A stretch of DNA of 64,000 nucleotides from Octopus vulgaris (GCA_951406725.2 OX597824.1:17298001-17362000), one strand, 5' to 3'; positions 42,220-57,184 are shown, counted from the stretch's first letter. Numbers and translations are program-made. The notes: generated from the sequence alone by a model not told the origin.

Positions 42220-42998
42220 TAAGAAAAAAACAAAAGAGGTTGAATGAAAGGGAGAAAATAAAGTGCTAGTGATCCCAACAAGGGAAGGTGCGCGTTCGTG
42301 TGCGCACTTGAGAAAGGTGTGTCTGACTGCACGCCTGTGTGTGTGAATAGGAGCGAGTGACACTGACGTGTGAGAGTGTGTGCGTGTGTAACGTGTGTAT
42401 ATGTGAGTGTTGTGTGTAGCAGTTAATGTGTACATTTTCACGTAGTGTGTGCACATCTGTGTGTGTGTCTGTGACCAAACATTGCGCATATGTATGATGC
42501 ATGTGTATGATGTATATATAATACATGTTGCGTGCCTATGTATATATAGCCTGTGTTCAGGTGTCATTTGCTTGTGTGGGTGTAGGAGTGTGCATACTTT
42601 GGTATGTGTGGTGACGCTATTGAAGATTGTGTGTGGATTATGGTATGTGGAGAGGAGTGGGGTTGTTATCAAATGAAGAGTGGAGGTGAGGTTGGTGTCA
42701 GCTGAGGAGAGAGGTGGTGAGTTGAGCCCATGTGTCGCAAAGGAGCGAAGAGAGAATATTAATTCCTGTTTACGACGAAAGCGAGAGTCCGGATGGTCCC
42801 TTTGCAAAGACAGTTTGAATATAGATAGATGTAGCGAATGACCGGTAGACTGGAAATGGTGCGAGACCGGGGTGTCATTGCCGAGTCCGAAGTCTCGGAG
42901 GTGCTCCGTGAATTGTCAGTCAAGTGGCGTCCCGTTTCACCAATGTACAGGGAAGGACAGAGGGAGCAGGAAATTCAGTAAATAACGTTACTAGAAGT
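42220..42998 (-). pseudogene. Penelope-like element GIY-YIG endonuclease remnant plus 3' UTR
   Basis: Minus strand TSSNVIY*ISCSLCPSLYIGETGRHLTD / FTEHLRD...PVSHHF..GHS...R...KQELIFSLRSFATHGLN carries the GIY-YIG, CxxC and GLN motifs of PLE endonucleases. Confidence 0.88.
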
Positions 42999-43342
42999 TT
43001 ATAAACTTAATCATGTGTACATTCTCTACAAACACGTGACAGGAAACATTCAGAGTATTGACTCTTTGAACATTTTCAGTCAACCGTGTCAGCCTTAACT
43101 TGCGACCCCAAACATTGTCACTTGAGGCTAAAACAAAGCCGTAGCGGGGAATCTACAAAAATTTCTAAGATCAGTCATGTGACTATCCTTTACCAATCAA
43201 ATCCTATTTAAAACATATACTAATTTGAGCCATGAAGTCCCTATAAAAATAGGCAAGCTTCAACTACTATTCAGAAGCAAGACAACTGCGACATAAGCCA
43301 AGTCTTTCTATGTGAACCTTTTGAAAATCAGTGTAAACTGTG

Positions 43343-43508
43343 AAACCACGTCAATTCTGGGAAGGGGGTATTTTCAAGTTAAAGGAAAGATGGAGACGCA
43401 TTGTGCAACAAAATGGTTCACATTTGGTCGATTAAAAATGTAATGGCAAGTATTTATTGACCTTTTTCTTTCCTTTAAAAATTGGCATGAATTTTTCGGA
43501 CAACCCAA
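43343..43508 (+). mobile_element. Mariner transposon 3' end
   Basis: KPRQFWEGGIFKLKERWRRIVQQNGSHLVD* is a mariner C-terminus; followed by TIR-like tttttcggacaacccaa + TA. Confidence 0.85.
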
Positions 43509-44199
43509 TACAAATCAAATGGACAAGGAGTTCCCACTGACAGAAGTAGTCTTGTCGAATATAATCACAGCAAGTTACAAAACCTTTAAAATCTGTAATA
43601 CAGCTATTAATTCCTTTAGCTTATTAGAGTGTATTAGATACATGTTGCTATGCATGTGTATTGTATTTCCTTTTACTTTTGTCCCATCTGTTTAACTTTG
43701 AAAACACTGGACTTTGAATGGAATTTATTACATGAATTCTTTTTCTTGAAACGTACAGACCGACCAGATATGCGGATTTGTAAACGTATATAGTTGACAG
43801 CAAAGCGAATCAACTGTACAGAATTTTCAATTTCGAAACTGGATTTAAGGCTTCATTCTGTGCCTTGCACTGGGGATTAAAATTGATAATGAAAGAGAGA
43901 ACATCATTTGATAGATACAATACAGAAATTGCACAGGATGTTTTGCCTTATACAAACCATTATATTTTAATGTATAAAAGGAAACAATAGTACTAGATAC
44001 GAGACAAAAGGAAAGGAAAATGAATGATATCTTAGTTAGAAAATATATCCTTTAATAAAAGCAATGAAAAATTAGAAACAGAGCAACACGAAAGTAAATG
44101 CAATATTATCTGCTATATTTTGTAAGTCCAGTCACAGATTTTGCTTTCACAAGCAACGTAACAGGTGGGAACAATATGTAATGTGAATGTCGCAGAAAA

Positions 44200-44390
44200 A
44201 AAATCACAAGATCCTTCGAGCCGAACAAACTGGTAGGAGACCTGGTGGTGGAACGACAAAGTGATGGTTAGATTATTATCCCTGGTTGCTTCTGACGGTT
44301 GCTTCTGATAAGGCCTTATGAAGGAGGTGCCTGGGGACGCTACACTTACGACCCCGCCAAGAATATGGCTGAGAAAATGGTTGGTTTGGT
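44200..44390 (+). pseudogene. Small RTE-like LINE ORF fragment
   Basis: gag acc tgg tgg tgg aac gac aaa gtg = ETWWWNDKV, a motif typical of the EN-RT linker of RTE-like LINEs. Confidence 0.5.
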
Positions 44391-45249
44391 GGATGGTATA
44401 TGCATGTCTGTGGTGGAAGCTTAGCAATACAGGAATTGAAGTAAAGAGGCTGATGATAAATTAAAAATGTTTCAGTTGGAAATTTATGACATGAGACATA
44501 ACAAAAGAGTCAAATATCCTTCTTAAGCCATAGGGTCATAAGGCAGGTTTCCTGAAATCTGTTGCATAAACATTGCCCCTATCACCGGAGATACGACGGG
44601 TTATTGTACGGTTACTAGGCTTTGCCAGATGAGTGGAATGAAGCAACATGAATTGCTCAAGAACGCAGCGCATCGCACGGTGCCACAATCTTACAATCAG
44701 CAGCGCCCTAACCACGAAGCCACATACTTTCACAAATAAGACACAGAAAGAGATGTAAGCAGAAAGAAAGACGCACATGAAGGAATACAGGTGAGAAATA
44801 TTTTCTTAAAGAAATTTTAAATTTAAACAGACCAATATGCTCTGCATAATAAATAATGTAAAATCTTACTGGTCATCTCAACACTGGACAACACACAACA
44901 ACCATGGTTCCAGGCATATTATATACATTCATTTATATACTAAACTATCCAAGCAGTTAGTCTTGTTTTGGATAAAGAAAACAGTGTCAATTTCATCAGC
45001 CATCTTTCCACTTATGTTTATTCAATTACATTCAGTAAGGATTCCGTGCAATTCCGAGTAGCGCCAGAGTAAATAGTCATGAATTTGCACTCTGATGTAC
45101 GTAGTTCGATTTGTTGACGGATTTCTCTGTCCATGCACCCACAAACAAACGCGCATACACACACATAAACATACACAAACATACGTACAGTAATATATAT
45201 ATTTATCCACATACATATGTATGTATATATTAGGGTATGGTCAGGATGC

Positions 45250-45448
45250 CATGATAGATCGTTAGCTCCTACACATATTTTTTCTCTCATTGTTTTTCTC
45301 CTTGTTTTTTTTCTGTGTATCTTTCTGTCGAAGAGCGTAGGCTCGAAACGTAAAATACTTTTTCTATTCCTGAGCACTATACTAATACATTTGTTTGTTT
45401 GTACTCCACCTGCCTTCGTCTTTTGTTTATTTTCGTAAACCTTCACGT
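45250..45448 (+). mobile_element. PLE-type terminal repeat with hammerhead variant (45322-45355)
   Basis: Same core as 42004; ends at tatatat. Confidence 0.75.
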
Positions 45449-45626
45449 TATATATTAAGGTGCATATGTGTATATAAATGTATCTACACTCTCGGGTGTG
45501 CGTTTATGTGCGTTACCAGGGTTATGTGAGATAAGGTGAGCGTGTGTATATGTAGGGAACACTTGTAAATGTTTTCAATTTTAATAACATTCAGTGTAGA
45601 AATGTTCATACATACATACATACATG

Positions 45627-45660
<34 letters not shown>

Positions 45661-46349
45661 TATATATATGGGTATATATACATAAATATATATACATATA
45701 TATATATATATAGGTATATATATATATATGCACATATATATATATACATATAAATATATATACATATGTATGCATGTATATATATGTATATGGATATAAA
45801 TATGTATGTAAATATGTATGTATATACATATACATATATATGTATGCATATACATATACATACATACATATATTTTTTTATATATATATATATATATACA
45901 TATATATACATATATAATATATATATATATATATCGAAAGTGAGGGAGACATAGGCTGACAGACAGGAGAATATGAAGACAGGGGGGAGAAAGAGAGAGT
46001 AAGGGAGAAGGGAGAAGAGATAGATATCCAAATATCAGAACAAGATAATAAAAAAAATATCTAGAAAGTAATATGGAACTCAAAACACTAGAAAATACAT
46101 TAATAATAAATTTAGCAAAAATCATGAACATATTCCATTTAAGTTTAAAAACGGTAGAACCCACTGGATATTACATGGCCATTTATTTGTCTCTCCATAT
46201 GACAGATATTTCACAAGCATTTGCTTTTTCATACGATTTTGATTTAGCTTTAGAGATTTGGTTTGTCATTCTTGCAATTTTCTGTCATTGTATTTTTAAT
46301 ATTTGACAACGAAGTTCTTGCATGCACACATAGACCAACGTGTGTTGTG

Positions 46350-46473
<124 letters not shown>

Positions 46474-46709
46474 ATGTTTGTGTGTGTGTATATATATGTA
46501 TATATATACATACATATATATATATATATATACACGTACATACATCTGTATGTTTATGCATATGTGTATATGTATATATAAATATACATATATATATAAG
46601 TATATATATGCATGTATACATATATATATATGCATGTATATATATATGTATATATATATGTACGTATATATATATATGTATGTATGTGTATATATATATA
46701 TATATGTAT

Positions 46710-46804
<95 letters not shown>

Positions 46805-47426
46805 GCAGCTGTTGAAATGTAACTTTAAGACGAGTAAAAATTTTTAAGGCTTTTCCCAAAAATATACACCTATAAAGATGATGATGATGATAATAATAAT
46901 AATGATGATGATGATAATGATAATAATGATGATGACGATGATGATGGTGATGACAACAAAAACAGCTATAATAATAATAAGGGCAGTAGCAATGGTAATA
47001 ATGACAATAGCATGAAAGATAATAGCAAAAAATTAAAAAAAAAAGAACAAGAAGAAGAATGTAAAAAAAGACAAGTAAAAAAAAAAAAAAAAAAAAAAAA
47101 ACAATAACAAAAACTAAGAATAATGAACGCAGTAAACAATAAAAATACACAGATTGTTAATGCATGAGCGTGACTAACTAAAAGAGAGATGGTTCTTACA
47201 TTAATGATATTCGAAAACATGATGACTAAAAGAAAAAAAAAAAAAAAAGGAATATTAATTTATCTTTAACAAAAAAAAATGAGAGGAAAAAATACAGATA
47301 CGTAGATACGAAATATTTCTAGAGGTGACTTTCAGCTTCTTAAAATGATACTTATATTCATTACATAGATACACAGATACATGCATGTGTTTATGTATAT
47401 ATATATATATATATATGTATATATAG

Positions 47427-47509
<83 letters not shown>

Positions 47510-47626
47510 TTCATATTCATATATATAATTTGTATATTAATATATGTATATATCTACATATATATATGTATATATATATACATGCATATATTCATATATA
47601 AATACGTTTATATATATATATATATG

Positions 47627-47661
<35 letters not shown>

Positions 47662-47681
47662 GTTTGTATATATATATATAT

Positions 47682-47728
<47 letters not shown>

Positions 47729-48027
47729 CATTTATACAAAAATAGGTATATATACGTGTAAAATTATTTGCATATATGTAACATATACACAAATACGTAT
47801 GCATACACACATATATGTAATCATATATATGCGCATATGCATATATGAACATGCACATACACAAACACACACACTCACACACACGTACACCTATAGGTAA
47901 TTGCATAAATAAATATGTGTACATATGTATACAATTACATACATAGAAACATGCGTATATATACTTTCATATATATATACATACAATTATAAATACGTAA
48001 CAACATTCAAGCATAGACACGTTTCTA

Positions 48028-48126
<99 letters not shown>

Positions 48127-48538
48127 TATGTATATACTTTGATACTGTGATATATATATGCAACATATATATATACATATACATATGTACCCGCGTGTGC
48201 ATTTACGTATGTTTCTATATATGTATACATCTATGTGTATACGTACATATACCGTTTAGATGTAATTGCAAAAAATAATGTTAGTATGCATTATAATTCT
48301 CAAGGCTTTATATTTTAATCAAAGCTACACTATTATGAGTGTCGGCTTGTAATGCATGTCTCTTTGACATTATAATTATGATTTTTAGCATTAAAAAAAA
48401 AAATATGTACATATTTAGCATTAAAAAAATGTAAATAAAAAGAAAAGATACCGAATGAATGTAGGAGAAAGTATCTAATACGTTTATCTATATGTTGATA
48501 TCATTTATGCATATATATATATATATGTGGTGTCTGTT

Positions 48539-48610
<72 letters not shown>

Positions 48611-48633
48611 TGCGCGTTTTTATATATGTATGA

Positions 48634-48675
<42 letters not shown>

Positions 48676-48683
48676 ATACACAT

Positions 48684-48739
<56 letters not shown>

Positions 48740-48977
48740 GTCTCGTATAAAAGAAAATGACAAGATTATTATAAGTTATAGAGCTACGTAGCAAACGTTG
48801 AAAGTACGATACAGAAAGGTATAGACAGTGATATCCTGAGAAAGGCAGATAAATAAAATGATACCCACACACACACACACACACACACACGTACACATAC
48901 ATATGTATATACATATAAAGAAAGAGAGACAGAGAAGCACAAACAAAAACAAAGAAAGAAAGAAATGGGTAGTAACT

Positions 48978-49022
<45 letters not shown>

Positions 49023-49206
49023 ACATATATATGTAGATATGGTTGCGTGTGTGTGTGTGTGTGTGTGTATTGAGAAAGATAGACGAATAGGCAGATAGCT
49101 AGATAAATAGCCAAAAAGACAGGTAAATTGATAACGAGGGAGTATAGTTATAAGGGAATACAATACGATATGGAGATTGACAGGCAGAAGAACTGATAGG
49201 CAGGCA

Positions 49207-49241
<35 letters not shown>

Positions 49242-49242
49242 A

Positions 49243-49295
<53 letters not shown>

Positions 49296-49351
49296 ACACA
49301 TATATATATATAGATAGATAGATATATAGATATATACATATATCTTTATGC

Positions 49352-49386
<35 letters not shown>

Positions 49387-49449
49387 TATATATATAAAAA
49401 TATATATATACATTTATATATATACATATATATATATATACAGAGAGAG

Positions 49450-49501
<52 letters not shown>

Positions 49502-50090
49502 TGATTGATTGATTGATAGATAGTTAAATGGAGAGAGAGAGAGAGGCCGCAGAGGGAGAGCGTCTGTATATAAGAGGCAGATATGTAGACAGAATAGATA
49601 TATATACATTGAGTAATGTCAGATAGATATATCCAGAGAAATACTGATTGAAATATATATGTTTCTGTAAAACTTTTTTCGTGATTCTTTATTTTCATTT
49701 TTTTCTACCATTCTGCTTGGTCCTTTGTTAATTTGTCTTTCTGTGATTTCTATCAAATTTTATTTTTTGTGTGTTTTATAGGTATTGCTTGTTTTGTTTT
49801 TTTTTTAATTTCATTTTTAATTTGTTGTTCTTATTGTTATTCGCATTCATATTCTTATTCAGTATATCGAAGTCTAACCTAAAGGGTTAGATCTATCTTT
49901 CTTTCTACTGAAGAAAGTTTTGAAGATGAGGGAAAAGAAGAAAAAAAAGAGAAAAAAACAAAGGAAAAAAAAACAACCAACCAACCAAACAAGCATAGAA
50001 AATACTCCTTCCTCATCCAATGCTTCCTAAAATGAAATAAAAATATGATGATGATATGGTGATGTTGACGATGAAATCATAATGATATGG

Positions 50091-50147
<57 letters not shown>

Positions 50148-50432
50148 GCAACTGCCACAATAACAACAATTACAACAACAACATAATAATATTGATGATG
50201 ATGTTGATGATGGCGATGATGATAATGACGATGGTGAGGAGGAGTCGGAGTTGGAGGAGGACAAGGAAGAGCATGTCGACGACGACGACGACGAGAAATA
50301 GCAAGATATAATGTGGAGAGATATTAAAGGGAGAGGATACTTTCTGCGGAATACTTTGTTGTTGATGAAGATAATAACAACCCGCACCAGCTGCAAATGT
50401 ACGCTCGCGTGTATACATACATGCATTCATAA

Positions 50433-50513
<81 letters not shown>

Positions 50514-50562
50514 GACCTAAATACAATCATCCATATATATATTTCTATGTGTTATATGTATG

Positions 50563-50805
50563 TGAAGGCGCATGGCTCAGTGGTTAGAGCTTACGATCGT
50601 GACGTTGTGAGCTCGAATCCCGAACCGGACTGCGTGTTGTGTTCTTGAGCAAGCCACTTTATTTCACGTTGCTCCAGTTCACTCAGCTGTGGAATTGAGT
50701 TGCGACGTCAATGGTGCCAAGCCGTATCGGCCTTTGCCTTTCTCTTGGATAACATCAGTGGTTTGGCGAGAGGAGGCTGGTATGTATGGGCGACTGCTGG
50801 TCTTC
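50563..50805 (+). mobile_element. Meta-type tRNA SINE
   Basis: A box TGGCTCAGTGG, B-box-like gagctcgaatcc, then gtgttgtgttcttgagcaagccacttt...ctccagttcactcagctg resembling the Meta domain. Confidence 0.75.
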
Positions 50806-51495
50806 GTTTTTTTACTGAAATTAGTCAGAAACCATGGTCTAGGAACTAAATTAGATGGTAAATGTTTGAAATTTTCATTCCTTAATTGTATCCTTAATTA
50901 GTGGGTTGAGTTTTCTACTGCTCTTTCTAGCACAATGCTTTCCTATGATGGAAGCCTCTTAATGTGTTTTAATGTACGCGATACCATATATATATATACA
51001 TATGCATGTGTGTATGTATAATAAATGTACGCACACACCACACACACCTGCACATACACGGGCATTCATGCACACTTACACCCGCACATGTATATACACT
51101 TATACTCTGGTATTCATTGTACATGCGTTAGTGTGTACGCATAGGTTTGGTTTTTTTATTTTTCATAAGTCTGTATGTGAAAATGTTGTGCAAGCTTAAA
51201 TGTATCGCAACACGTGTGTCTATGTATGACTGAAATGTGTAAAGAGATATAATATTTCTTTGGTGTGTGATATTTAAATAAATATGAAACGGGAAGAATA
51301 ACTAAGTCTGTATGATATTTCTGTATCTTTCTCGTTTTCTCTGATTCTTGTTCACATCTCTAATAATGTAGGCAAGCTTTAAGCCCATGCTATGTATGTG
51401 TGTATGTGTGCGTTCGCTTGTTAAGAGATAAGTAGTTTAATGAAAATCTAAAAATCCATTCTCATATACTATTTGGTATACTGGTGTATGTACTG

Positions 51496-51526
<31 letters not shown>

Positions 51527-51730
51527 GCATAGAGGGTTGGAGATGTATTGGTGTCAGGTAATGCTGAGTAAGTGCTATAGAAAGACTATAGTTAAACTCC
51601 AGGCTCGATAATGTTACGGATGAGGAGTCCAAGGTAGGTCGTATATTAGCATGCATATATAAAAAAAATAACAGAATGATATAAGATGTCCAAGGTTGTG
51701 AATATTTTCAGAACATTTATAAAGAGATGG

Positions 51731-51776
51731 TCTTACAGCTGTTTCCGGGATATTTTATATATCCCTTCATCAGAGA
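51731..51776 (-). ncRNA. Type I hammerhead ribozyme motif in a PLE-type repeat (about 51524-51945)
   Basis: Minus strand tct-CTGATGA-A-gggatat ataaa atatccc-G-GAAAC-AGCT-GTA-aga: intact core, 7-bp stem II, palindromic ACAGCTGT stem III. Confidence 0.8.
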
Positions 51777-52062
51777 TGGTGCAAGAAAATATCTAAGTAA
51801 TAGTTATTATAGAGAAGATATGAAATACAGAGTGAAGTGGAGGAATGAAAACAGACGTGAGATACGTAAGGATAGTCTATCCGCAGCTCCATTATCTAAG
51901 CAGAATGGTGCATATATAAGTTCCCTGTACCTTGTGTATGTGGTAATATATATGTGTGTGTGTGTGTGTATGTGTGTATGTGTGTGTGTGTGTGTGTGTG
52001 TATGCATGTATGTACGTATATATGTATTTGTGTACATATATTTATATATGTATATTAAAACT

Positions 52063-52232
52063 GGTACTCCGTCGGTTACGACGACGAGAGTTCCAGTTTA
52101 CCCGATCAACGGAACAATCTTCTTGTGAAATTAACGTGCAGTCAATTGAATGATCGTCTACAGACACGACTACTCTTAAGGAATTCCTCAGAGAGATTCA
52201 GCGTGACACATAATGTGACAAGGCTGGCCCTT
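52063..52232 (-). mobile_element. SINE family C 3' fragment
   Basis: actccgtcggttacgacgacgag...attcagcgtgacaca...gacaaggctggccc matches 33314-33480. Confidence 0.8.
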
Positions 52233-52414
52233 TTCCGTTTTCCCAAATATCTCGTATCTCATCGTTTGGTACATCTGAAGAAAAGTATCTATATCATTAA
52301 GTGATATGGGTGATATCTTCGGTGTCTACTCCGCAAAGTGTGTATCGGTTGTCCCATTTTACCACTTTTCCTGAATGATATAAAGAAGTATTTATATCAT
52401 TATTTAATGTACAA

Positions 52415-52579
52415 GGCGCAGGAGTGGCTGCGTGGTAAGTAGCTTCTTTACCAACCACATGGTTCCGGGTTCAGTCCTACTGCGTGGCATCTTGGGCAAG
52501 TGTATTCTACTATACCGTCGGGCCGACCAAAGCCTTGTGAGTGGATTTGGTAGACGGAAACTGAAAGAAGCCCGTCGTA

Positions 52580-52648
<69 letters not shown>

Positions 52649-52844
52649 ATGTCTGTCGTTTGTCCCCCTAGCATTGCTTGACAACCGATGCTGGTGTGTT
52701 TATGTCGCCGTCACTTAGCGGTTCGGCAAAAGAGATCGATAGAATAAACACTGGGCTTACAAAGAATAATGCTTGACTAAAGGCGGTGCTCCATCATGGC
52801 CGCAGTCAAATGACTGAAACAAGTAAAAGAGTAAAGGGTAAGAG
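52415..52844 (+). mobile_element. SINE family A
   Basis: Full head and tail, small 3' deletion. Confidence 0.92.
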
Positions 52845-53090
52845 TTTTATTTTTTTTCACATGTATGTTTTATTCATAAGTACTCTGAAAATTTTTAACG
52901 AATTGTAGGAATTAACACAGAAAGTCTCATTTAAAAATCTGGATCAGCTCTAGATTTTTTTCTTTTTCACAAGCAACAAAAAGGAAGGTTCCTTGATGAG
53001 TGTGAATTCAACATCTGTTGCACAGTAGAATTATTCTAATTCATGGTCAGGACTTATCTACAAGCAACAGTCCCAAATCGTTTATTGTTG

Positions 53091-53498
53091 CTCTTTTACA
53101 CTTTTACTCTTTTAATTGATTCAGTCATTTCACTGTGGCCATGCTGGAGCACCGCCTTTGGTTGAGCAAATCGACCCTAGGACCTATTCTTTGTAAGCCT
53201 ATCGGTCGCTTATTGCCGAACCGCTAAGTTACGGGGACGTAAACATACCCGCATCGGTTGTCAAGCGATGTTGGGGGAGACAAACACAGACTCACAAACA
53301 TATATACACACACCCACATACATACATATATACATATGTACGACGGGCTTCTCTCAGTTTACGTCTACCAAATCCACTCACAAGGCTTTGGTTAGCCCGG
53401 GGCTATAGTTGAAGACACTTGCCCAAGGTGCCACGCAGTGGGACTGAACCCGGAACCATGTGGCTGGTAAGCAAGCTACTTACCACACAGCCACTCCT
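53091..53498 (-). mobile_element. SINE family A
   Basis: Collinear copy in inverse orientation. Confidence 0.92.
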
Positions 53499-53736
53499 AG
53501 AAGAACGATTTTGTGCATTCAATTTTTGTTTAGGACTGAATCATTAATATTCTTATAGTTAAACTCTCTTAAGAGTCTGGGGTGTAGGTAATTATTTACT
53601 GTTTAGGGTAAAACCTTATTCAGAAGTTCGAATCCAGTTAGAATTTGCTGCATTGCTACACTTATACGTAGGTGAGAATATGAAGTGAAAAAGCAACACT
53701 AATCGGTTTGCGACAATGTGCATAAAAATACAGTTC

Positions 53737-53842
53737 TATATGGCGTAGTACATATTAAGAGAGCGGGCTACTAACCCCAAGTCTCCGAGTTCGATTCCAA
53801 GTAGTGAACTGAATAGAAATAATAATGATAATGATAATAATA

Positions 53843-53913
<71 letters not shown>

Positions 53914-53955
53914 TGATGATGATGATGATGATGATAATAATGATGATGATGATGA

Positions 53956-53986
<31 letters not shown>

Positions 53987-54170
53987 AACAACAACAACAA
54001 CAACAACGACGACGACAACGACGACGACAACGAAAAATACCTTAAGAATGAAAACTCAGGTTCGAAATTTCCCCAAGACATCTGATGAAGGCTGGAGGGT
54101 ATATCAGCAGAAAAGTCATGCTAACAACAAATAAGATGAGGACAAATATCCGTCAAATGTAAATAATGTA
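53737..54170 (+). mobile_element. tRNA-headed SINE with hammerhead-bearing tail, copy 1 (motif 54079-54120)
   Basis: tggcgtagt...gagttcgattcc head, AAT/GAT/GAC/AAC microsatellite, then cat-CTGATGA-A-ggctg...cagca-GAAAa-GTC-atg. Confidence 0.75.
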
Positions 54171-54434
54171 TAAAAATGGTTTCGTACCTACGAGGTGAAC
54201 GTAAAACAGTAAATAAAGAGAAAGCGTCATAAATTAACGATGAACATCATCTAATCCCGTCTTATTTTTCTGTAGTAAGTCCGTTTGTATAATTTGAAAA
54301 GGACAGATTTCATGTTAATTCAGATCCTTTTGTAATTGGAGGAATTAAATTTTGAACCCTCTCTCAGCTGGTCCTTCATTTTGTTTCCAGGGGACAGCTC
54401 AGTATTATGTCACTGAATAAAATATTTAATGATA

Positions 54435-54833
54435 GGCGCAGGAGTAGCTGTGTGGTAAGTAGCTTGCCTACCAACCACATGGTTCTGGGTTCAGTCCCAC
54501 TGCGTGGCATCTTGGGCAAGTGTCTTCTGCTATGGCCTCGGGCCGACCAAAGCCTTGTGAGTGGATTTGGTAGACGGAAACTGAAAGAAGCCTGTCGTAT
54601 ATATGTATATATATATGTATGTATGTATGTATGTGTATGTATATGTTTGTGTGTCTGTGTTTGTCCCTCTAGCATTGCTTGACAACCGATGCTGGTGTGT
54701 TTACGTCCCCGTAACTTAGCGGTTCGGCAAAAGAGACCGACAGAATAAGTACTGGGCTTACAAAGAATAAGTCCCGGCGGTGCTCCAGCATGGCCTCAGT
54801 CAAATGTCTGAAACAAGTAAAAGAGTAAAGAGT
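54435..54833 (+). mobile_element. SINE family A
   Basis: Full head and tail, small 3' deletion. Confidence 0.92.
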
Positions 54834-55260
54834 ATATATCCACAAGGCTTCAACTATTTAATTTTACTTATGATAATATGTCAACGGAGCTTCTGAAATA
54901 TATTATTGTATAAAATGTGGTGTGTTCTCGATGCTTACGCTAATCAATCACTAAATGATATTTATTAATTAGTACTGATTCCCAGTCGCATTGATTTAAC
55001 AAAAAAAAAAAAACGTCGTTTACATTAATTCTGGAACTAATTTTACCAAGACCATTTAATGTTAAAATTCTATAATTAATGACATCTACATCGAAAATTT
55101 ATGTTTAAAAATTTTTTTATCTGGTCTAATTTGTAACAGGCAAAGAAATACAGAATCTAATCTCTTACCGCGTGTCATTAATATTAGGCAAATTCAGTGT
55201 AAGACAGGTGTACAGACGGAGCAAATACTCTCACTTGGTTTAATATATTCTCTTGGAGTA

Positions 55261-55480
55261 AAGGCGGTGAGATGATAGAATCGTTAGCACGGTGGACAAT
55301 AATTCTTAGTGGCATTTGATCCGGTTTTATTCCATGAGTTCAAATTTCGTCGAAGTCGAATTTACTTTTCCCTCTTGCGGGATTCACAAAATATATACAC
55401 CCGTTTAACTCATGAGCCAATATAGTCGACTTACCCTCTGTCCTGAATATTACTAACTTTGTGTAATAACCTAAAGCCTA
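55261..55480 (+). mobile_element. SINE family B, diverged
   Basis: aaggcggtgagatgatagaatcgttagcacg...gagttcaaatttcgtcgaagtcga. Confidence 0.7.
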
Positions 55481-56222
55481 TATTTTCTCTTGGGTAATCC
55501 ATATATCAATTCGTGGCGATTTTGCTATCTACAATTGTCCTATAGGACACGCAATATACAAGGACACTCTTTATGAAGCACAGAATGATTCAAAGATGAA
55601 TTTGGCCTCGAAGCAAGTTTGTAAACTGAGTAAGTAATGGGCAGTTACTTTTTCTATTAGTTCTTTTTCTATTATCGATTTCATCTCTTCTGAACTACTA
55701 AAGAGGACTAAAAAAAAAATACGCACTTCAAAAAACCACAATATCTACGAATTCAAATTAACATTCTATTATTCCATCTAAGCTGGTAGTATGTAACTAA
55801 ACAACCTTTTATAAGTGTTGGCGGGATTGTAGATTCGATAGAAAGAATTTTTAAAAAAGGCTAGCATATTCATTATCTCACTTGACGTGGTGGTTGGCTT
55901 TAACCCGGCGCATAAGTACTATATCTTATAATATCTTATTATAGTGACTATAAAAGCCCCTATATATTGCCGCCTTCGGTGACATCGGCATACTCCATTC
56001 TGTTTCTATTATAGGAATTCAGGAGATGTTTCTGCTTTCAAAACACCTTCTTCCTTCCTGCCAATCAATCATGCATACCCTTGTAACATGTTATAGGTAC
56101 TGCTTCCAATCTTGACTAACAGATGAAACAGGAATTAACCATTTGACATGTTTGTCTTTGCCTCCTTTCCCTTCTCCGATGAATAATTAATCTCCAAACA
56201 ATCACAACATATGGATTCCAAA

Positions 56223-56492
56223 TCTCTATATCTATAAATGGCAAAATGTCTGTGTATCTGCGTATCTGTGTGTCTGTGTGTCCTTTATACAAATCCACAG
56301 TTTTTTTCCCGTAAAAGGCCTGCATTTTCTATGGGCTTTCAAAACTGTCTGAGGGTGGTCGTGAAGATATTTTCATTCCCCCAATCACCCCAGAAAGCCA
56401 TTTTAAAAGATCGATAAACCAACCCCTTACGCCCATATATTATGGGCATATCCATTCACAATCGCTAAAACAACGCCGGGCCATAGTACTAG
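56223..56492 (+). mobile_element. Non-autonomous Helitron, second family
   Basis: A|TCtctatatctataaa...caacgccgggccatagtaCTAG|T; shares the 3' caacgccggg signature with the other Helitrons but has a different interior. Confidence 0.75.
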
Positions 56493-57184
56493 TTAAGAAA
56501 TATACAGCTTTCTGCTAGTATGAGACACACTTATTCCATAAGCCTACTGCTAGGTTCTGCCGTTCTAAATTTACATTTCTTTATTTTTTACTTATGTTGA
56601 CAGCATTTCAAAGGCTATTCAAAGATATTTTAGTGGATTCGAATATAGGAAAAAATTTAAAGGTTAAAATATTCCATTTCTCCATCACTAAAGAATAATT
56701 TTTACTAGTTCAAATTAAAAACAGATAGATATGTATATCAAAAGAAAAAAGAACGGATTAAATTAATTACACCCCTTCAACTATAGACTTGCACGTATTT
56801 CAAAATCTGATTCTGAAATAAGCACGAAACATTTGCTTCTGGTTGATATCATGACATTAACACGTCAATTACAAATTATTGGTCTTGTCACCAAGAAAAT
56901 AAATCATAACTTTCAGCAACTGATATATAAAGCCGTCATAGTCGGAAGTATTATATTATGACATGTATGTACTTGTTTTCGAGTATTCCTCTACAAGAAT
57001 CGATAAAAACATGCATACGTATGGATGTATGCTTGCATATATATACATGTATATATACAAACACATGTGTCATTATGTATTTGTTTTATATATATATATA
57101 TACACATACACACACGTAAACATGTAAATATGTATGTATGTATATATATATATATATATATATATACATACATACATACATACA

